This document shows, piece by piece, positions 63,104 to 64,000 of a stretch of DNA of 64,000 nt; position 1 is the first letter of the stretch, and each line of letters begins with the position of its first letter. The position numbers were made by a program, and so were the translations under genes. Below the pieces are notes generated by a model. It ran no database searches, had not been told where the DNA came from, and saw nothing but the letters and a program-made list of their open reading frames with translations. The DNA is from a bacterium (GTDB lineage Bacteria > Verrucomicrobiota > Verrucomicrobiia > Verrucomicrobiales > Akkermansiaceae): contig JAAEZT010000014.1 of the NCBI GenBank assembly GCA_018222765.1, positions 37,007-101,006 on the forward strand. Reading direction: 5' to 3'.

Positions 63104-63982
63104 ATGCGGATTGGCGATTTATTGATTCTTTTTTTGTTGGCCGGTCTGTGGGGAGCTTCTTTTCTCTTCATGCGAATTTCCGCGCCGGATTTTGGACCGG
63201 TGCCTTTGGTGGCGTTGCGGATGACCTTGGCGGGAGTGTTTCTGGCTCCGGTTTTTCTCAGAAAAGAGGCCCGGGAAATAGCAAAGAAGTATTGGTGGCA
63301 ATTGTTGGTGAGCGGCGTGATGGGGTCGGCGATTTCCTTTGTGCTGCTCTCGTACGCTTCGTTAACCTTGAGTGCGGGCTTCACCTCATTGATGAATTCC
63401 AGCGTGCCTATTTTTAGCGCGGTCATCGCGGCGGTTTGGTTGGGCGAAAAGTTGCGGGTATCGCAGATTATTGGTTTGGGGTTTGGTATTCTCGGAGTGG
63501 TAATTTTGGTGTGGGATAAATTAGATTTCAGTGACGCCGGACTGGGCTGGCCAATCGGGGCCTGCATCTTATCTTGTTTGTGTTACGGCTTCGGAGCGAG
63601 CTGGATGAAAAGTAGGCTTCAAAAAGTGCGCCCCTTGGTCGGTTCGGCCGGGAGTCTTTTAGGTGCGGGATTTATGATGATTCCCTTGGCCTTGGTTCGG
63701 TTGCCCGAGACGATGCCGTCAGCTAAGAGCTGGCTCAGTGTCATAACCCTCGCGCTCCTTTGTACTGCTTTGGCCTTTGTCTTATTTTTTAAACTCATTC
63801 AGCGGTCTGGTGCCACCGTAGCGACCTCGGTGACGTTCCTGATTCCTTTTTTCGGAATCTTCTGGGGCTGGTTGATTTTGGATGAGGTCGTGACTGGGAG
63901 AATGGTATTGGGTTTGTTGGTCACCCTCTTTGGGACTTCGCTGATTACCGGGATGGTTGGTTCCAGAGTCCCCCGGCAATAA
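63104..63982 (+). CDS. DMT-superfamily transporter (EamA/RhaT-like)
   Basis: 292 aa with ten predicted TM helices in two similar halves. The N-terminus (LLAGLWGASFLFMRI) and mid-protein repeat are typical of EamA domains. Confidence 0.75.
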   Translation: MRIGDLLILFLLAGLWGASFLFMRISAPDFGPVPLVALRMTLAGVFLAPVFLRKEAREIAKKYWWQLLVSGVMGSAISFVLLSYASLTLSAGFTSLMNSSVPIFSAVIAAVWLGEKLRVSQIIGLGFGILGVVILVWDKLDFSDAGLGWPIGACILSCLCYGFGASWMKSRLQKVRPLVGSAGSLLGAGFMMIPLALVRLPETMPSAKSWLSVITLALLCTALAFVLFFKLIQRSGATVATSVTFLIPFFGIFWGWLILDEVVTGRMVLGLLVTLFGTSLITGMVGSRVPRQ

Positions 63983-64000
63983 ACCGAAGGAGTAATTCTC

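Noticed and set aside
1-64000. Window-wide look for CRISPR arrays, rRNA genes, IS elements or transposases, prophage genes, toxin-antitoxin pairs and recognisable defence operons.
   Set aside because: None was found by eye. The only repeats detected are the in-gene 291-bp periodicity (15680..17260) and protein-level paralogy among LamG, LTD-CotH, sulfatase, amidohydrolase and propeller genes.

Overview
This is a densely coding 64-kb chromosomal segment, mid-50s % G+C by eye. I call about 46 protein genes and one tRNA-Leu(UAA). I saw no rRNA, CRISPR array, transposase, integrase or phage genes.

The gene content suggests a PVC-superphylum bacterium, most likely a marine member of the Verrucomicrobiota; this is inference only. 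It includes three Cys-type sulfatases, PQQ-like beta-propellers, an ECF sigma factor with a FecR/LamG anti-sigma factor, an SHD1-esterase, two giant LTD-CotH proteins and many lipoproteins. Housekeeping anchors are avtA, ileS and carB.

Observations most worth a second look:
1. Two unrelated redox genes each consist of an N-terminal signal-peptide segment and a downstream ORF, in one frame and separated by a single TGA. One is a Bcp/PrxQ-type peroxiredoxin lipoprotein (18302..18823, minus). The other is a secreted thioredoxin-fold protein (53760..54155, minus). In each, the TGA sits exactly at the catalytic Cys (PxxxTxx[C->UGA] and [C->UGA]xxC) and is followed by a small hairpin at SECIS-like distance. 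They are candidate selenoproteins that standard gene callers would truncate.
2. Four large secreted proteins share a roughly 65-75 aa C-terminal module ending in (K/R)(F)(F/Y)(V)R(V/L). I cannot assign it to a named family.
3. Two paralogous LTD-CotH-LTD giants lie on opposite strands. Beside a related LamG protein sits a decayed, frame-shifted miniature copy.
4. An unlisted 46-codon Cys-rich mini-lipoprotein gene has a very strong terminator.
5. A coiled-coil OmpA protein is built from a 291-bp (97-codon) tandem periodicity.
6. A tightly packed operon joins a UPF0718 permease, a DUF1980 protein with an extreme His/Asp tract, a MoxR ATPase and an AsmA-like protein.

All functional calls rest on motif recognition by eye. 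No searches were run.
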